Below, one piece after another: positions 11,055-21,966 of a stretch of 64,000 bases of DNA. This DNA is from an uncultured Verrucomicrobiae bacterium (GTDB lineage Bacteria; Verrucomicrobiota; Verrucomicrobiia; Limisphaerales; JAFGQR01). The stretch is taken from positions 34,727 through 98,726 of the forward strand of contig CAWBHS010000055.1 of NCBI GenBank assembly GCA_963788655.1, written 5' to 3'. The position numbers were made by a program, and so were the translations under genes. The notes below the pieces were generated by a model. That model had not been told where the DNA came from, made no database searches, and worked only from the letters and a program-made list of their open reading frames with translations. Numbering within the stretch: the first letter of the stretch is position 1; each line of letters opens with the position of its first letter.

Positions 11055-11966
11055 ATGCCCATCCCGGATTTTCAGTCTGTCATGCGGCCCTTGCTGGAAT
11101 ACATCAGCGATGGGAAAGAACACGCGATGCGCGAGGCTTTGGACCACCTCTCGAACCAACTGGAGCTCTCTGCACCAGAGCGAGAGCAGCTTCTTCCGAG
11201 TGGACGGCAGGAGGTCTTTACCAATCGGGTTGCCTGGGCGAAGACGCACCTTCGGATGGCAGGTCTGATTGAAGGAACTGCTCGAGGTGTTTTCAAAATT
11301 ACCCCGCAAGGTCTCGATCTTCTCAAAGAAGTGCCAGGCCGAATCGACTTGCGCCTTCTGCGAACTCAGCCAGGGTATCTTGCGGCGCGAGATCGGAAAA
11401 AGGAAAAGGTCAGGGCTGACGGCTGTCTGGAAACCGACGACAACCGCACCCCAGAAGAGGAGATGGAAGATTCGTACCAAGCCTTGCGCGAAAGCCTGGG
11501 CAAGGATTTACTGCAACGGCTAAAATCGGCGTCGCCTTCTTTTTTTGAACGAATGGTGGTGGAGTTGCTTGTCCGCATGGGCTATGGCGGTACGCGTAAA
11601 GATGCGGGTCAAGCAATCGGCAAGAGCGGTGACGAAGGGATTGATGGCATCATCAAGGAGGACCGTCTCGGGTTGGATGTTGTTTATGTTCAAGCAAAGA
11701 AATGGGAACATACGGTCAGCCGGCCTGAGATTCAAAAGTTCGCCGGCGCATTGCAGGGATTTCGCGCCAAGAAAGGGGTATTCATTACCACGTCTGACTT
11801 CTCGAAGGAGGCTCAAGATTACGCCTCGCGCATCGAGAGCAAGATCGTGCTCATCGATGGCGAGCAGTTGTGGAATTTGATGATCGATTTTGGCATCGGA
11901 GTCACCAGCGTGGCAACCTATGAGATTAAGCGAATCGATTCGGACTACTTCAATGAAGACGGGTAG
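11055..11966 (+). CDS. mrr: Mrr type IV restriction endonuclease
   Basis: MPIPDFQ..M.PLL, NRVAWAKTHL, SGDEGIDGII.EDRLGLD.VYVQAKKW, KGVFITTS. Confidence 0.95.
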   Translation: MPIPDFQSVMRPLLEYISDGKEHAMREALDHLSNQLELSAPEREQLLPSGRQEVFTNRVAWAKTHLRMAGLIEGTARGVFKITPQGLDLLKEVPGRIDLRLLRTQPGYLAARDRKKEKVRADGCLETDDNRTPEEEMEDSYQALRESLGKDLLQRLKSASPSFFERMVVELLVRMGYGGTRKDAGQAIGKSGDEGIDGIIKEDRLGLDVVYVQAKKWEHTVSRPEIQKFAGALQGFRAKKGVFITTSDFSKEAQDYASRIESKIVLIDGEQLWNLMIDFGIGVTSVATYEIKRIDSDYFNEDG

Positions 11967-13569
11967 CGTTTTCCTGAAAGGATGTTTTGTTGTGGCTGTA
12001 TTCGTTGCTGCGACACCCGCCTGGTGCCAGGACGAAAGCCCGTTTACGCAGGTGTTCGACACGACGGCTGGTCACACTCTGCCCCTGGCGGACAGTGCCA
12101 TCGCCGAACGAAAGGACTGGACGCTAGTGCCTGAGGATACTATCGAGCACCGTTTTTCCGGCGATGCCGTGCTGCTGAACGACCGCCTGGCCGTCGTTTT
12201 TCGGCGAGTGATTACGGGAGCTGAAGTGTATGCGAAAAGCGCCGGTGGCTGGAAACGCCGAGCGAACCTGTATCACCTTGCAACACTTGCCGCAGCAGCG
12301 GACGAACAGACGGCCTTCAAGCTCATCGAAAACACTTCCGGCGCCGTGATGCTGCAGGTGGAGTTCGGCGGCAACCGGCCGGCAGCCTTGCGGTTTCGCC
12401 TGACTACGGGGGAAGCCATCCTTGAAATCCGGTCGGACGACCATGCCGGATTTCTCGCCGTGGATTCCGCAACTCGCTACGTGGTGGTACCCGATTACTT
12501 CGGCGACGACATGGTGTTTGAGGCTGATTCTCTCGCCCGTCCAACCGAGGTGGCGCGGGCAAGTGTTTGCCTCCCCGCCGAGAATTTCTGTCTCAATCTG
12601 CTCGCGGGCGGTGATGCCATGGTGATGAGTGTTTGGCAAACGAGCGGGCAGGAAGTCTGGTTCAGCGGGTCAACGGCCGACAGCCCCGGCTGGATGCCGT
12701 CGAATAGGATTCGTTGCGCCGCAGGCAAGAGCATCTGGCTGGCATTCCTTGAAGCGCCGAACCTCTGGCATGCGAGCACGCTGGCCTTGCAACGCGAATG
12801 GAAACCGCCCTTTGCGGCCAAGTGGCGCGGCAGCCTGATCAGCACCAATTGGGTGGCGGATTCTTGGGACGTGGAACGCGGGCCAGTGCCGGCGAAAACC
12901 ACGGCCATTCCCCAGGCGAGGTTGCTCGTGTACCCCAACGACCGCAGCCTGGCCACGCCGTTGACGGTCACGTGTCCGACGGATGTCATGCGGAACACGC
13001 TGGGCGTTGGCCCGTGCCAGTACATACTCGCGTGCGAAGGTATGGCGGGAAATCCCACGTCGGACAGCGTGATGGATTGGGTGGAAAAACAATTTGCCCG
13101 GAAGAAAGCGACAGCGATGGCTGACGATATCAACGAACGCTTGGAGCTGATGATCCGCCACGTGGCCGACGCCCGAACGCGAATTGCACGCTACGCCGAA
13201 TTTGCCAGCCGGGTCCGCAAGATCCTGGACCACCACCCGGGCGCGGATCCATTCACGCCGATCGTGGATGATCTGGACCGCTTCGTGGTCGCCGGCCTGG
13301 CTTCGACGGCATCGCCGGAACATGCCAGAGAATTGGCGACCGCCGTGACCGCGTTGATTGGACAACCGGACGCACTGGCGGCTTGTCAGCGGCTGGGCGC
13401 AGAATTGCGATCCATCGGCGCGGTCCAGGACGGAGCCCTGGCGCGATGCCGCATGGCCGTTCGACGCTTGCAGGCCCAGAGCCGGACTCTCGCGGCTGAG
13501 CAACCGGTGGAAAGCGAACTCATCCGCAACGTTCAGGGGTTGGCGGAGCAAATGTTGCAGAGGAAGTGA
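11953..13569 (+). CDS. Hypothetical exported protein (paralogue A)
   Basis: Signal peptide; shares long motifs with the 13861..16209 protein. Confidence 0.8.
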   Translation: MKTGSVFLKGCFVVAVFVAATPAWCQDESPFTQVFDTTAGHTLPLADSAIAERKDWTLVPEDTIEHRFSGDAVLLNDRLAVVFRRVITGAEVYAKSAGGWKRRANLYHLATLAAAADEQTAFKLIENTSGAVMLQVEFGGNRPAALRFRLTTGEAILEIRSDDHAGFLAVDSATRYVVVPDYFGDDMVFEADSLARPTEVARASVCLPAENFCLNLLAGGDAMVMSVWQTSGQEVWFSGSTADSPGWMPSNRIRCAAGKSIWLAFLEAPNLWHASTLALQREWKPPFAAKWRGSLISTNWVADSWDVERGPVPAKTTAIPQARLLVYPNDRSLATPLTVTCPTDVMRNTLGVGPCQYILACEGMAGNPTSDSVMDWVEKQFARKKATAMADDINERLELMIRHVADARTRIARYAEFASRVRKILDHHPGADPFTPIVDDLDRFVVAGLASTASPEHARELATAVTALIGQPDALAACQRLGAELRSIGAVQDGALARCRMAVRRLQAQSRTLAAEQPVESELIRNVQGLAEQMLQRK

Positions 13570-13639
13570 ACAGGGGAAGCTCAACCGAAAATGTATGGGA
13601 ACAGAGGTCATCTTGAATCGACGCGTTGTTGGTCGCGCC

Positions 13640-13780
13640 CGCGTTTGGAGTGTGTGGAGTTTGCTCCCGCTTTCGTTGAGTCTCTGGCCGTCCAAACCGG
13701 AGCAACCCGTGAATGGTTTCAACGCTCGCTTCAATTCGAAAGCGCCGGCAAACTGGACGCACTCCAAACGCTTCGCGACT
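13640..13780. repeat. REP-like doublet (GCGTTTGGAG...GCACTCCAAACGC family)
   Basis: Inverted arms; second copy at ~51368-51510. Confidence 0.8.
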
Positions 13781-13860
13781 TTCGGAAGCCATGGGTGGCT
13801 TACTCACCCCCAGCCCATAATTGCCCGAATACCAAAAGCATCTAAACGAACTGCTATTGC

Positions 13861-16209
13861 ATGAAAACTTACCATTCCACATTTTGGCCATGTCCCCCAG
13901 GGAGCAGAGCAATTGCGGCAATGCTGCTAGCACTGACGCTCTCTCCCTTCATGCACGCCAGCGCCGCTGAACCGGCTCACAACTTTTTCGCCAATCCCAG
14001 CTTCGATCTGGGCCACAGCGGATGGCAGCTTTCCAAGGCCGGCAAAACTGCGTGCCAGTTTTCGGTGGACGAGCAGGACGCCGCCGCCGGACAAACCAGC
14101 GCCTTGCTGGCCATCGATGCCGTCGAGGATTGGGGCGTGCAATTTGGTCAGTCGTTCCCCGCCGGTGCGAAGGGCAAGGCCTACACCTTTGCGGCGTTCG
14201 TCCGGAGTCTGAAGGGCCCGGTCGAGATCCGTCTCGAAATCGAGCGCACGGCAAGTCCATGGGATCGCGCCGTCGCCAGCGATCGGTTCAAGCTGACCGA
14301 CCAGTGGCAGGAACTGCACGTCACGTTTACGGTGGCCAAGGATTTCCCTGAAGGCTGGTTTGCCTATTTGAGTTGCGTTCAACCCAAGATCCAAATCCGC
14401 GCCGACATGTTTCGGCTGTACGAAGGCCAATACATTCCGTACGAAGAGATCTCCCGGCAAGAGGAGGCGACCGTGGCCGTGCGCTTGTTCGACACTGGCA
14501 AGTCATCCGCATCGACATGGCCAGATGCCGCGGTGTCACGCCGAGCTGGCTGGATACACGTTCCCGAGGATGAGTTGAAACACTCGTTCAAAGGGGATGC
14601 CGTTTTGGTAAACGACCGGCTCGCCGTGGTGCTGCGTCACGGGGCGCCAGGCGCGGAAGTTTATTCGTTGGGGCGGGCGGCGGCGGCGATGCGGGCGGTG
14701 TTGGCGCCTGCTGGTGGCAACAATTCGGCGACGCTTTCCTCATTCACCATCGTCGAGAACAATCCGGGAATGGGCACGGCCGATGCCGTGTTCTCCGTGG
14801 CAGACGGCCCGCCCCTGATCGTGCGTTACGAATTGAAATTGGGCCAACCCGTGGTTCAAACCGAAGCGCGCAACGGGGTGACCGGCCTGCGCGTCGAGGC
14901 ACCCAGCCGGTTTGTGGTCATGCCGGACTTTTTCGCGGATGACATCGTCATTGACGCGGGCGATTTGCCGGTGGCCGAAGCCGAGTTGCCCAGTGACAAT
15001 TTTCTGCTGCACTTGTTACCCGGCGGCGAAGCCATGGTCATGACGGTGACCAAAACCAGCGACGAAGACATCCGCATCGCCCTGGTGGATGACGGCAAGC
15101 AACGCCTGATCCGCCACTCCGAGCTGCGTTACGGCAAGGATGGTAAAGTATGGGTGGCCATTCTGGCGGGACCGGAGATTTGGCACTCGCAGGAAATCAC
15201 CCGTGAGCAAGCGGGCCGGATGGTGGATCTTGACTGGAAAGCGCCGTTCGCGGCGCAGTGGCGGGTCGATTGGCGACGCGATAAGGATTTGACCGACAGT
15301 TGGGACCTGCTCAACGAACGGGCGGATGGCAGTTTCACCAAACCCGGCGTTTATGGCGGATCGGACACTATCCCGCGGGATCGCAGCCGCTGGACAACGG
15401 TGCTGGGCCGGTTCGCATATCCGGCCTGGATCGACCTCAACCGTCAGGGGCATCTTCAGCCGCTAAAGACCTCGGCATTGCGCTTCGAGGGCCCCGCCAT
15501 CATCTACCCGCTGAATCGCGTGGCCGCCACGCCGCTGGACACTTTCACGGTGCTGGACTTGGTGCGCAACACGCTCGGCGTCGGGCCGTGCGAATACATT
15601 CTGGACGTCGAGGGACAGGCTTCGAAATACCGGGGGCGGGCGACGTGTTCGGTGCGCGATACGTTGAATCCCATATACGCCAGCAAACAACAAAAGCAGC
15701 GTCATGCGGAGATTGAGCGCGTTTTGGAGGACCTCATGACTTTCATCCGGCACATCCGTGGGCGTATCGAAGGCTACGTGACATTTGGGCACCAGACCCT
15801 CGCTTATTTGGCAGCGCAAAAGCAGGCGCATCCCGAGCTGTCCGAACCACTCGCCGAATTGGAAACGTTGGCGCACCGCATCGATGACCGGGTGACAGCG
15901 CGCAAAGACAAGATCAAAACTCCAGAGCACGTCGCCCAAATGATCAAGGAGTTCCGTCAGACGGTCCTTAACGACGATGGGAACGAGGCGTTGGCCAACT
16001 GTAAGCGGTTCACTTCGGGTTGGGTGGAAATCGGCGGCAACCAGGATGAATTGGTGGGCGAATGTCGCTGGGCCGTAAAGATGATCCGGCAGCGGGCGGG
16101 ATTGCTGATGGCCTTCGATCCGCGTCTGGCGGATGTGGCGAGAGAACTCCGCGAACGCAGTCAGGTCGTGCTGCGGAATCCCGCCAACCACGAAGGGGCG
16201 AGGCATTGA
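13861..16209 (+). CDS. Hypothetical exported protein (paralogue B) with N-terminal CBM4/9-like domain
   Basis: Signal peptide; N.F.NPSFD..W and [12 protein letters not shown] resemble a carbohydrate-binding module; remainder paralogous to 11953..13569. Confidence 0.8.
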   Translation: MKTYHSTFWPCPPGSRAIAAMLLALTLSPFMHASAAEPAHNFFANPSFDLGHSGWQLSKAGKTACQFSVDEQDAAAGQTSALLAIDAVEDWGVQFGQSFPAGAKGKAYTFAAFVRSLKGPVEIRLEIERTASPWDRAVASDRFKLTDQWQELHVTFTVAKDFPEGWFAYLSCVQPKIQIRADMFRLYEGQYIPYEEISRQEEATVAVRLFDTGKSSASTWPDAAVSRRAGWIHVPEDELKHSFKGDAVLVNDRLAVVLRHGAPGAEVYSLGRAAAAMRAVLAPAGGNNSATLSSFTIVENNPGMGTADAVFSVADGPPLIVRYELKLGQPVVQTEARNGVTGLRVEAPSRFVVMPDFFADDIVIDAGDLPVAEAELPSDNFLLHLLPGGEAMVMTVTKTSDEDIRIALVDDGKQRLIRHSELRYGKDGKVWVAILAGPEIWHSQEITREQAGRMVDLDWKAPFAAQWRVDWRRDKDLTDSWDLLNERADGSFTKPGVYGGSDTIPRDRSRWTTVLGRFAYPAWIDLNRQGHLQPLKTSALRFEGPAIIYPLNRVAATPLDTFTVLDLVRNTLGVGPCEYILDVEGQASKYRGRATCSVRDTLNPIYASKQQKQRHAEIERVLEDLMTFIRHIRGRIEGYVTFGHQTLAYLAAQKQAHPELSEPLAELETLAHRIDDRVTARKDKIKTPEHVAQMIKEFRQTVLNDDGNEALANCKRFTSGWVEIGGNQDELVGECRWAVKMIRQRAGLLMAFDPRLADVARELRERSQVVLRNPANHEGARH

Positions 16210-16321
16210 ACGCCAAGTCGCCCACGAGATGCTTGCCAATTTTGGGGAACCGCAGAACAATCAGCGGCTATTGGCACCAATTTTGACAGAGATGCAAACG
16301 AACTGCGGGATTGGCGATTTC

Positions 16322-17281
16322 ATGGCGCGCCGCAATAGCGGCATTAATGCGTTTGGATTCGCCCCATTCCGAGTCTTGCGCTTATCTGCACAGTGGATCT
16401 CCCGTGTTCTTCCGGCCTCCTTGATGCTTTTGCTGTTCGTTGGCTGCGGCCAGGTTGATCAGACGGCGCGGACGGATCAAACGTCTCCCTCCGGCATTCA
16501 AAGCGTCACTACGCTGGGCGGCATCACTATGGTGCGCCTGCCGGCCGGTGAATTCGTGATGGGAGATGACCGCGGCGATGACGATGAGAAGCCGGCGCAC
16601 AAAGTGCGGGTGAGCGCCTTTGACATGGACATCCACGAAGTCACGCAAAAGGCCTACGAGAGTTTGATGGAGAAGAATCCCTCGAAGCGCAAAGCTCCCG
16701 ACAAGCCGGTTGAACAGGTGGATTGGTATCATGCCGTGCTCTATTGCAACCTGCGTTCGCTGAAAGAGGGATTAACGCCGTGTTACGACCCCAAAACCCT
16801 GGCATGCGATTTTGCCGCCGATGGCTATCGTCTGCCCACCGAAGCGGAATGGGAATATGCCTGTCGAGCCGGCACGCAGACCCGTTATGCCTGCGGCGAT
16901 GATCCGGCCCGGCTTAAAAGCTGCGCCTGGTTCAAAGCCAATGCCGGACAAACAACCCATCCCGTCGGCCAGAAGTCGCCGAATGCGTGGGGTCTTTTCG
17001 ACATGCACGGCAACGTCGCCGAGTGGTGCCAGGACAACTACGACGAAAGTGGTTACTCGCCAGCCGAAGTCCAGGATCCGCGCGGCCCGGTTTCCGGCAA
17101 CCAGCGCGTGCTCCGGGGCGGCAGTTGGCGGACCAGTGAGGATCGCTGCCGGTCCTCCGCCCGCAGCAGTGAAAACGCTCGCTTCGCCGACGCCTGCTTT
17201 GGCTCGGATGCCTATGGCTTTCGCTGCGTGAAGCGAGCTGCGACAAACCAGATGGGTAACCTGAAAGGAAAAGGAAAGTGA
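16322..17281 (+). CDS. FGE/SUMF1-fold lipoprotein (start uncertain)
   Basis: FVGC lipobox-like, F-x-[35 protein letters not shown]. Confidence 0.85.
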   Translation: MARRNSGINAFGFAPFRVLRLSAQWISRVLPASLMLLLFVGCGQVDQTARTDQTSPSGIQSVTTLGGITMVRLPAGEFVMGDDRGDDDEKPAHKVRVSAFDMDIHEVTQKAYESLMEKNPSKRKAPDKPVEQVDWYHAVLYCNLRSLKEGLTPCYDPKTLACDFAADGYRLPTEAEWEYACRAGTQTRYACGDDPARLKSCAWFKANAGQTTHPVGQKSPNAWGLFDMHGNVAEWCQDNYDESGYSPAEVQDPRGPVSGNQRVLRGGSWRTSEDRCRSSARSSENARFADACFGSDAYGFRCVKRAATNQMGNLKGKGK

Positions 17282-17322
17282 GATTTCTCGCCTTGCCCCC
17301 CAGTTGATTTCCGCTGTTTACC

Positions 17323-19080
17323 ATGCTTTTCCACACTTGGCCGTTTCTGGTTTTCATGTTGATTGTCCTGCCGGTTTATCTGGCGCTACGGCGCACCCGG
17401 CTGTGGGTGCCCTGGTTGATGGTGGCTTCGTATTTTTTCTACGGCTGGTGGAATCCCTATTACCTGATCCTCATATTTTATTCGACCACGCTCGACTTCA
17501 CGGTGGTCGCCTTGATGGACCATTGTCCGCGCGAGCAATCTAAGGATGGCTGGTGGGCGCGGCTGAAAGCACGTTTGACTTGTAGCCGCCGACGTGAGGA
17601 GGCGGATTTGGTGCAGGCAGGGAACGATGAAGTTCTGCACACGCTCTCCGAATGCCCCCTCACCCCGGCCCTCTCCCCCGGTGGGGAAGAGGGAGACGAC
17701 AGGGTGGGGGAGGGTGATGGAGCGCGCCCGCGGTTTGCCGATCGCGTGATGAGGAACGCCTTTCTTGCTGCCGCGTTTGGTGCGCTGCTGTTCCTGAGTC
17801 TGGCGCTGGCTGGACCGCCAACCTTGCGCCCGACGATGACGCTGTTGACGATTATCTTTGCGTTGATGGCCACGGGAGCTTTCTTCGGCAGCCGGCGAAC
17901 TTGGCTCATCATCAGCATCATCAACAACCTGTCCATCCTGGTGTTTTTTAAATACGCCGGATTCGCCGTGAAGAACCTGAACGCCGTTCTGGACTGGGCG
18001 CACCTCCCGGCAATCTTGCCCGATCCGGCGACGCTGATGCCGTTTGGGGCAGCCTATCTGTTGCCGGTCGGCATTTCCTTTTTCACGTTCCAATCGATGA
18101 GTTACACCATCGATTTCTACCGGGACAACGTCCATCGGGAACGCAGTTTTATCCGGTACGCGACCTTCGTCTCCTTCTTTCCACAACTGGTGGCCGGGCC
18201 GATTGAACGGGCCAAACATCTGCTGCCGCAGTTCAATCAATTTCCTCCGATCCGCCTGCAAAACGTGACCGACGGTCTGTCGCTGTTCCTGGTCGGCTTG
18301 TTCAAGAAATTGGCGCTGGCCAATTACCTCTCGTTTTACGTCGAGCGCGTCTATGACAATCCAAGCGCATTCGGCGCGCCGGCGCTGATGCTGGGAACAT
18401 TTGCGTTCGCGTGGCAGATTTTTTTCGACTTTAGCGGCTACACGGACATGGCTCGCGGCGTGGCCAAGCTCATGGGCTTCGACTTGATGCTGAACTTCAA
18501 CAATCCCTACCTGGCCACGGGTTTGGGCGATTTCTGGGGCCGCTGGCACATCAGCCTTTCCACGTGGTTCCGGGATTATGTTTACATCCCGCTGGGTGGG
18601 AACCGGCACGGCACCTTTGCCACCTACCGGAACTTGTTTTTGACCTTCGTCATTTCGGGCATCTGGCACGGTGCGGCCTGGACCTTTGTCATCTGGGGCG
18701 CGCTGCATGCCGCGGGCGTGATGATCACGCGCGAGTTGGAACGGTCGGCGTTTTACCGTGAACGGGTGCCGCGGCTGGCAAAGCAATTGGCGGTGTTCGT
18801 GTTTGTGTGTTTTGCCTGGGTCTTTTTCCGGGCGGATTCTCTGAACGACGCCTTGCTGATCGCCGGACGCATCTTCACCGGCGTATGGAATGATCCGCAA
18901 ATGCCGGTGTTCATGCTGGCGCTGGTCGGATTGATCTGGCTCTACCAGTTCATCTACGAGTCGCGCTTCCGGGAAGTGCTCCGGGCGGACGTGCTGCGGG
19001 TGGGGTCGGCGGTGGCCATGGTGTTGTATCTGTGTTTCTGCGCTTCAGGCGGCGGCGCGTTCATTTACTTCCAATTCTAA
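17323..19080 (+). CDS. MBOAT family O-acyltransferase (AlgI/DltB-like)
   Basis: LPVGISFFTFQSMSYTID, FFPQLVAGPIER, DFSGYTDMA, FWGRWHISLSTWFRDYVYIPLGG, SGIWHGA. Confidence 0.95.
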   Translation: MLFHTWPFLVFMLIVLPVYLALRRTRLWVPWLMVASYFFYGWWNPYYLILIFYSTTLDFTVVALMDHCPREQSKDGWWARLKARLTCSRRREEADLVQAGNDEVLHTLSECPLTPALSPGGEEGDDRVGEGDGARPRFADRVMRNAFLAAAFGALLFLSLALAGPPTLRPTMTLLTIIFALMATGAFFGSRRTWLIISIINNLSILVFFKYAGFAVKNLNAVLDWAHLPAILPDPATLMPFGAAYLLPVGISFFTFQSMSYTIDFYRDNVHRERSFIRYATFVSFFPQLVAGPIERAKHLLPQFNQFPPIRLQNVTDGLSLFLVGLFKKLALANYLSFYVERVYDNPSAFGAPALMLGTFAFAWQIFFDFSGYTDMARGVAKLMGFDLMLNFNNPYLATGLGDFWGRWHISLSTWFRDYVYIPLGGNRHGTFATYRNLFLTFVISGIWHGAAWTFVIWGALHAAGVMITRELERSAFYRERVPRLAKQLAVFVFVCFAWVFFRADSLNDALLIAGRIFTGVWNDPQMPVFMLALVGLIWLYQFIYESRFREVLRADVLRVGSAVAMVLYLCFCASGGGAFIYFQF

Positions 19081-20238
19081 ATGTCCAGCCCGATCCAACC
19101 TGAAATTCCGGAAACGACCTTCGTGAACGCCGTGCAGTTGCACTTGCGACATTGGATCATCGCGGTAGGCATCCTGCTCGCGGTGGCGTTGTTGACGCCG
19201 TGGCTGTGGAAGAAGATCGAGCGCTTCGATACCGGTCCCGATTACCGCATTCCGTACCGCTTGAGCAAGGACTACTGGCTCTACGAGCGGCGTCTCGAAC
19301 AATTGGCGCCCACCAACGTTGTGGTGCTCGGCGACTCGGTGGTTTGGGGCGAATATGTCCTGCCAGACGGGACGCTGTCGCATTTTCTAAATGAGGTGGC
19401 CGGGCAATCCGGCGAGTTCGTCAATGCCGGCGTGAACGGCCTATTCCCGTTGGCGATCGAAGGGCTCGTGCGTTACTACGGCAGTCCGCTGCGACGCCAC
19501 AAAGTGATTCTGCACTGCAACGCGCTTTGGCTGACCAGCCCCAAGGCTGATCTGCACATTGCGAAGGAAGAGCCGTTCAATCACGCGGATTTGGTACCGC
19601 AGTTTTTTCCGCGTATCCCGTGTTACAAAGCCGATCTCAACGATCGCTTGGGTGTCATCGTCGAGCGCAACGTGCCGTTTGTGCAATGGGTGAATCATCT
19701 GCAAAACGCCTACTTCGGGCAAAAGAGCATCTTGAAATGGACGCTGGAAAACGACGGCGGCGATCCGCCCCGGTACCCGAACGTCTATAAAAATCCGTTT
19801 GCGCAGATCACGCTGCACGTTCCGCCGGCGCCGGCGAATGATCCCGAGCGCGGCCCGCAAAGTCCGCGACACAAACCGTGGTCCACGAGCGGGCAGGGCA
19901 CGGCGCGCTTCGAGTGGGTGGACCTGGACACGTCGTTGCAATGGGCCGCGTTTCAACGCCTGCTGCGTGTTCTCCAGCATCGCGGCAACGACGTGCTGGT
20001 GGTGCTCGGTCCGTTTAACGAACACATCATGGCCCCCGAAAACCTGCCCGCTTACCGGCGCGTTCACGACGGTATTCAGGGGTGGCTGACGGCGCAACAG
20101 GTTCCGCACGTCGTGCCGAAAGTGTTACCCAGCGTGCTTTATGCGGATGCCAGTCATCCGTTGACCGCCGGCTACCAGCGGCTCGCGCAGCAGCTTTATG
20201 CGGACAAAACTTTTCAGGCCTGGCTGAAAGGCTCATAA
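19081..20238 (+). CDS. SGNH-like hypothetical protein (AlgJ/DltD-like MBOAT partner)
   Basis: N-terminal TM helix, VVLGDSVVWG, VNAGVNG, C-terminal DASH (DxxH). Confidence 0.7.
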   Translation: MSSPIQPEIPETTFVNAVQLHLRHWIIAVGILLAVALLTPWLWKKIERFDTGPDYRIPYRLSKDYWLYERRLEQLAPTNVVVLGDSVVWGEYVLPDGTLSHFLNEVAGQSGEFVNAGVNGLFPLAIEGLVRYYGSPLRRHKVILHCNALWLTSPKADLHIAKEEPFNHADLVPQFFPRIPCYKADLNDRLGVIVERNVPFVQWVNHLQNAYFGQKSILKWTLENDGGDPPRYPNVYKNPFAQITLHVPPAPANDPERGPQSPRHKPWSTSGQGTARFEWVDLDTSLQWAAFQRLLRVLQHRGNDVLVVLGPFNEHIMAPENLPAYRRVHDGIQGWLTAQQVPHVVPKVLPSVLYADASHPLTAGYQRLAQQLYADKTFQAWLKGS

Positions 20239-20250
20239 TCCGGGAGCGAA

Positions 20251-20925
20251 ATGAAATTGAAATACCTTGCTTTGAACGACCCGCTTTACCGCTATCTGGC
20301 CGGGTGCCGCTCCCATGCCGATGATCCAGTGCTGGCGGCGTTGCGGGAGGAGACTGCGGCAATGGGAGACGACGCCCGCATGCAAATCAGCCCGGACCAG
20401 GGCAGCTTGATGACGTTGCTGGTCGCGGCCATCGGCGCGCGTTCCGCCCTCGAGGTGGGCACCTTCACCGGTTACAGTTCGATCTGCATTGCGCGCGGTT
20501 TGCCGGATGGCGGCCGGCTGCTTTGCCTGGATGAAAGTGAACCTTGGACGGCCATCGCGCGGAAGTTCTGGGCCAAGGCCGGGGTGACGAACAAAATCGA
20601 ACTTCGCTTGGGACCGGCGATTCCCGCGTTGCAACAACTCGAATCGGAACTCGAGTTTGATTTCGCGTTCATCGACGCGGCCAAGACCGAATACGATGCC
20701 TATTACGAACTCATTCTGCCGCGGATCCGTTCGCATGGCTTGATTCTGTTGGACAACATGCTGTGGGGCGGCCGGCTTGGTTCGGGATCGCCCCAGGAAC
20801 CTTCTGGCAAGGCTATCGACACTCTGAATCACAAACTGGCTCACGACGACCGCGTGGAGTCGGTGCTGCTGTCGGTGGCTGACGGGCTGCACCTTTGCCG
20901 AAAGAAACCGGTGGCCGACGGATAG
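20251..20925 (+). CDS. O-methyltransferase, caffeoyl-CoA OMT-like
   Basis: MQISPDQG, LEVGTFTGYSS, FDFAFIDAAK, DNMLWGG. Confidence 0.9.
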   Translation: MKLKYLALNDPLYRYLAGCRSHADDPVLAALREETAAMGDDARMQISPDQGSLMTLLVAAIGARSALEVGTFTGYSSICIARGLPDGGRLLCLDESEPWTAIARKFWAKAGVTNKIELRLGPAIPALQQLESELEFDFAFIDAAKTEYDAYYELILPRIRSHGLILLDNMLWGGRLGSGSPQEPSGKAIDTLNHKLAHDDRVESVLLSVADGLHLCRKKPVADG

Positions 20926-21003
20926 GTTGGCCAGATTGGGCTAGTCATTGAGCACAAATCGCAGATAAACTGTTTGGACATCTTGGACAGAAAGAATTGA
21001 ATC

Positions 21004-21966
21004 ATGAAACGTATTGCAGTCTTTTGGATGCTCGTAACCGCAACGGTTTGTCTGACGCCGTACGGCCAGGCGGCGAATTCCGCGCGAGTCGAATTCGTGC
21101 CGACCAACAATGCCGTCAAAGTCCTGATCGGCGGCCAACATGTCACCACCTATTTGTATGGCGACCAGCTCACCAAACCCTGTCTCTATCCGGTCAAGAC
21201 ACCCGACGGGATCATTTTGAACCGCGGCTTTCCGTTGACCAAGGTCGAGGGTGAAACCACCGATCATGCTCACCACGTTGGCCTCTTTTTTACCTACGAC
21301 GATGTGAATGGGGATGGATTTTGGAACAACAAAACCAGCCCGCCGCAGGTCAAACACATCAAGTTCACCGCCACCGAACCCGGCGATACCCAGGGCACGC
21401 TTGGCACATTGTCGCACTGGATTGCCAAGGACGGTCAAACGGTGTTATTGGATGAGCATCGGACCATGATTTTCAAGCCAATCAAGAGCGGTTACGCCAT
21501 CGACTTCAAGCTGGATCTGACGGCCCGCAAAAAGGTCGAGTTCGGTGATACCAAAGAAGGGATGTTCGCTATTCGGACTGCGGATTGGTTGCGTGAAAAA
21601 GGCGGCACGGGTAAATACTTTAGTTCTGAAGGCGCCACCGGTTCGAAGAATATCTGGGGTCGCCGGGCCAAGTGGGTGGCCCTCGAAGGCAAGCAGGGCG
21701 GCCAGGTGGTGGGTATCGCGATTCTGGATCACCCGTCCAGCGTGAACTATCCGACCTACTGGCATGCGCGGGATTACGGTCTATTCAGCGCCAATCCACT
21801 GGGGCAACTGGCGTTTCAGAAAAGCACGAAGGTGGCTAATCCGACTCCCTTGCACCTGACGCTTGAATCCGGCCAGACGGCGCACTTCCGCTTCCTGGTT
21901 CTGGTCTATGAAGGCGCCCGGACGCGGGAGCAGATCGAAGCGGAGTTTCAGAAGTTTGCGCGGTAG
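21004..21966 (+). CDS. PmoA-like/DUF6807 family exported protein
   Basis: KP.LYPV, DHAHHVGLFF, FGDTKEG, WHARDYGLFSANP. Confidence 0.8.
   Translation: MKRIAVFWMLVTATVCLTPYGQAANSARVEFVPTNNAVKVLIGGQHVTTYLYGDQLTKPCLYPVKTPDGIILNRGFPLTKVEGETTDHAHHVGLFFTYDDVNGDGFWNNKTSPPQVKHIKFTATEPGDTQGTLGTLSHWIAKDGQTVLLDEHRTMIFKPIKSGYAIDFKLDLTARKKVEFGDTKEGMFAIRTADWLREKGGTGKYFSSEGATGSKNIWGRRAKWVALEGKQGGQVVGIAILDHPSSVNYPTYWHARDYGLFSANPLGQLAFQKSTKVANPTPLHLTLESGQTAHFRFLVLVYEGARTREQIEAEFQKFAR

Noticed and set aside
21004..21966. Methane monooxygenase subunit
   Set aside because: Soluble exported protein of the PmoA-like/DUF6807 family; no membrane helices and no pmoCB neighbours.
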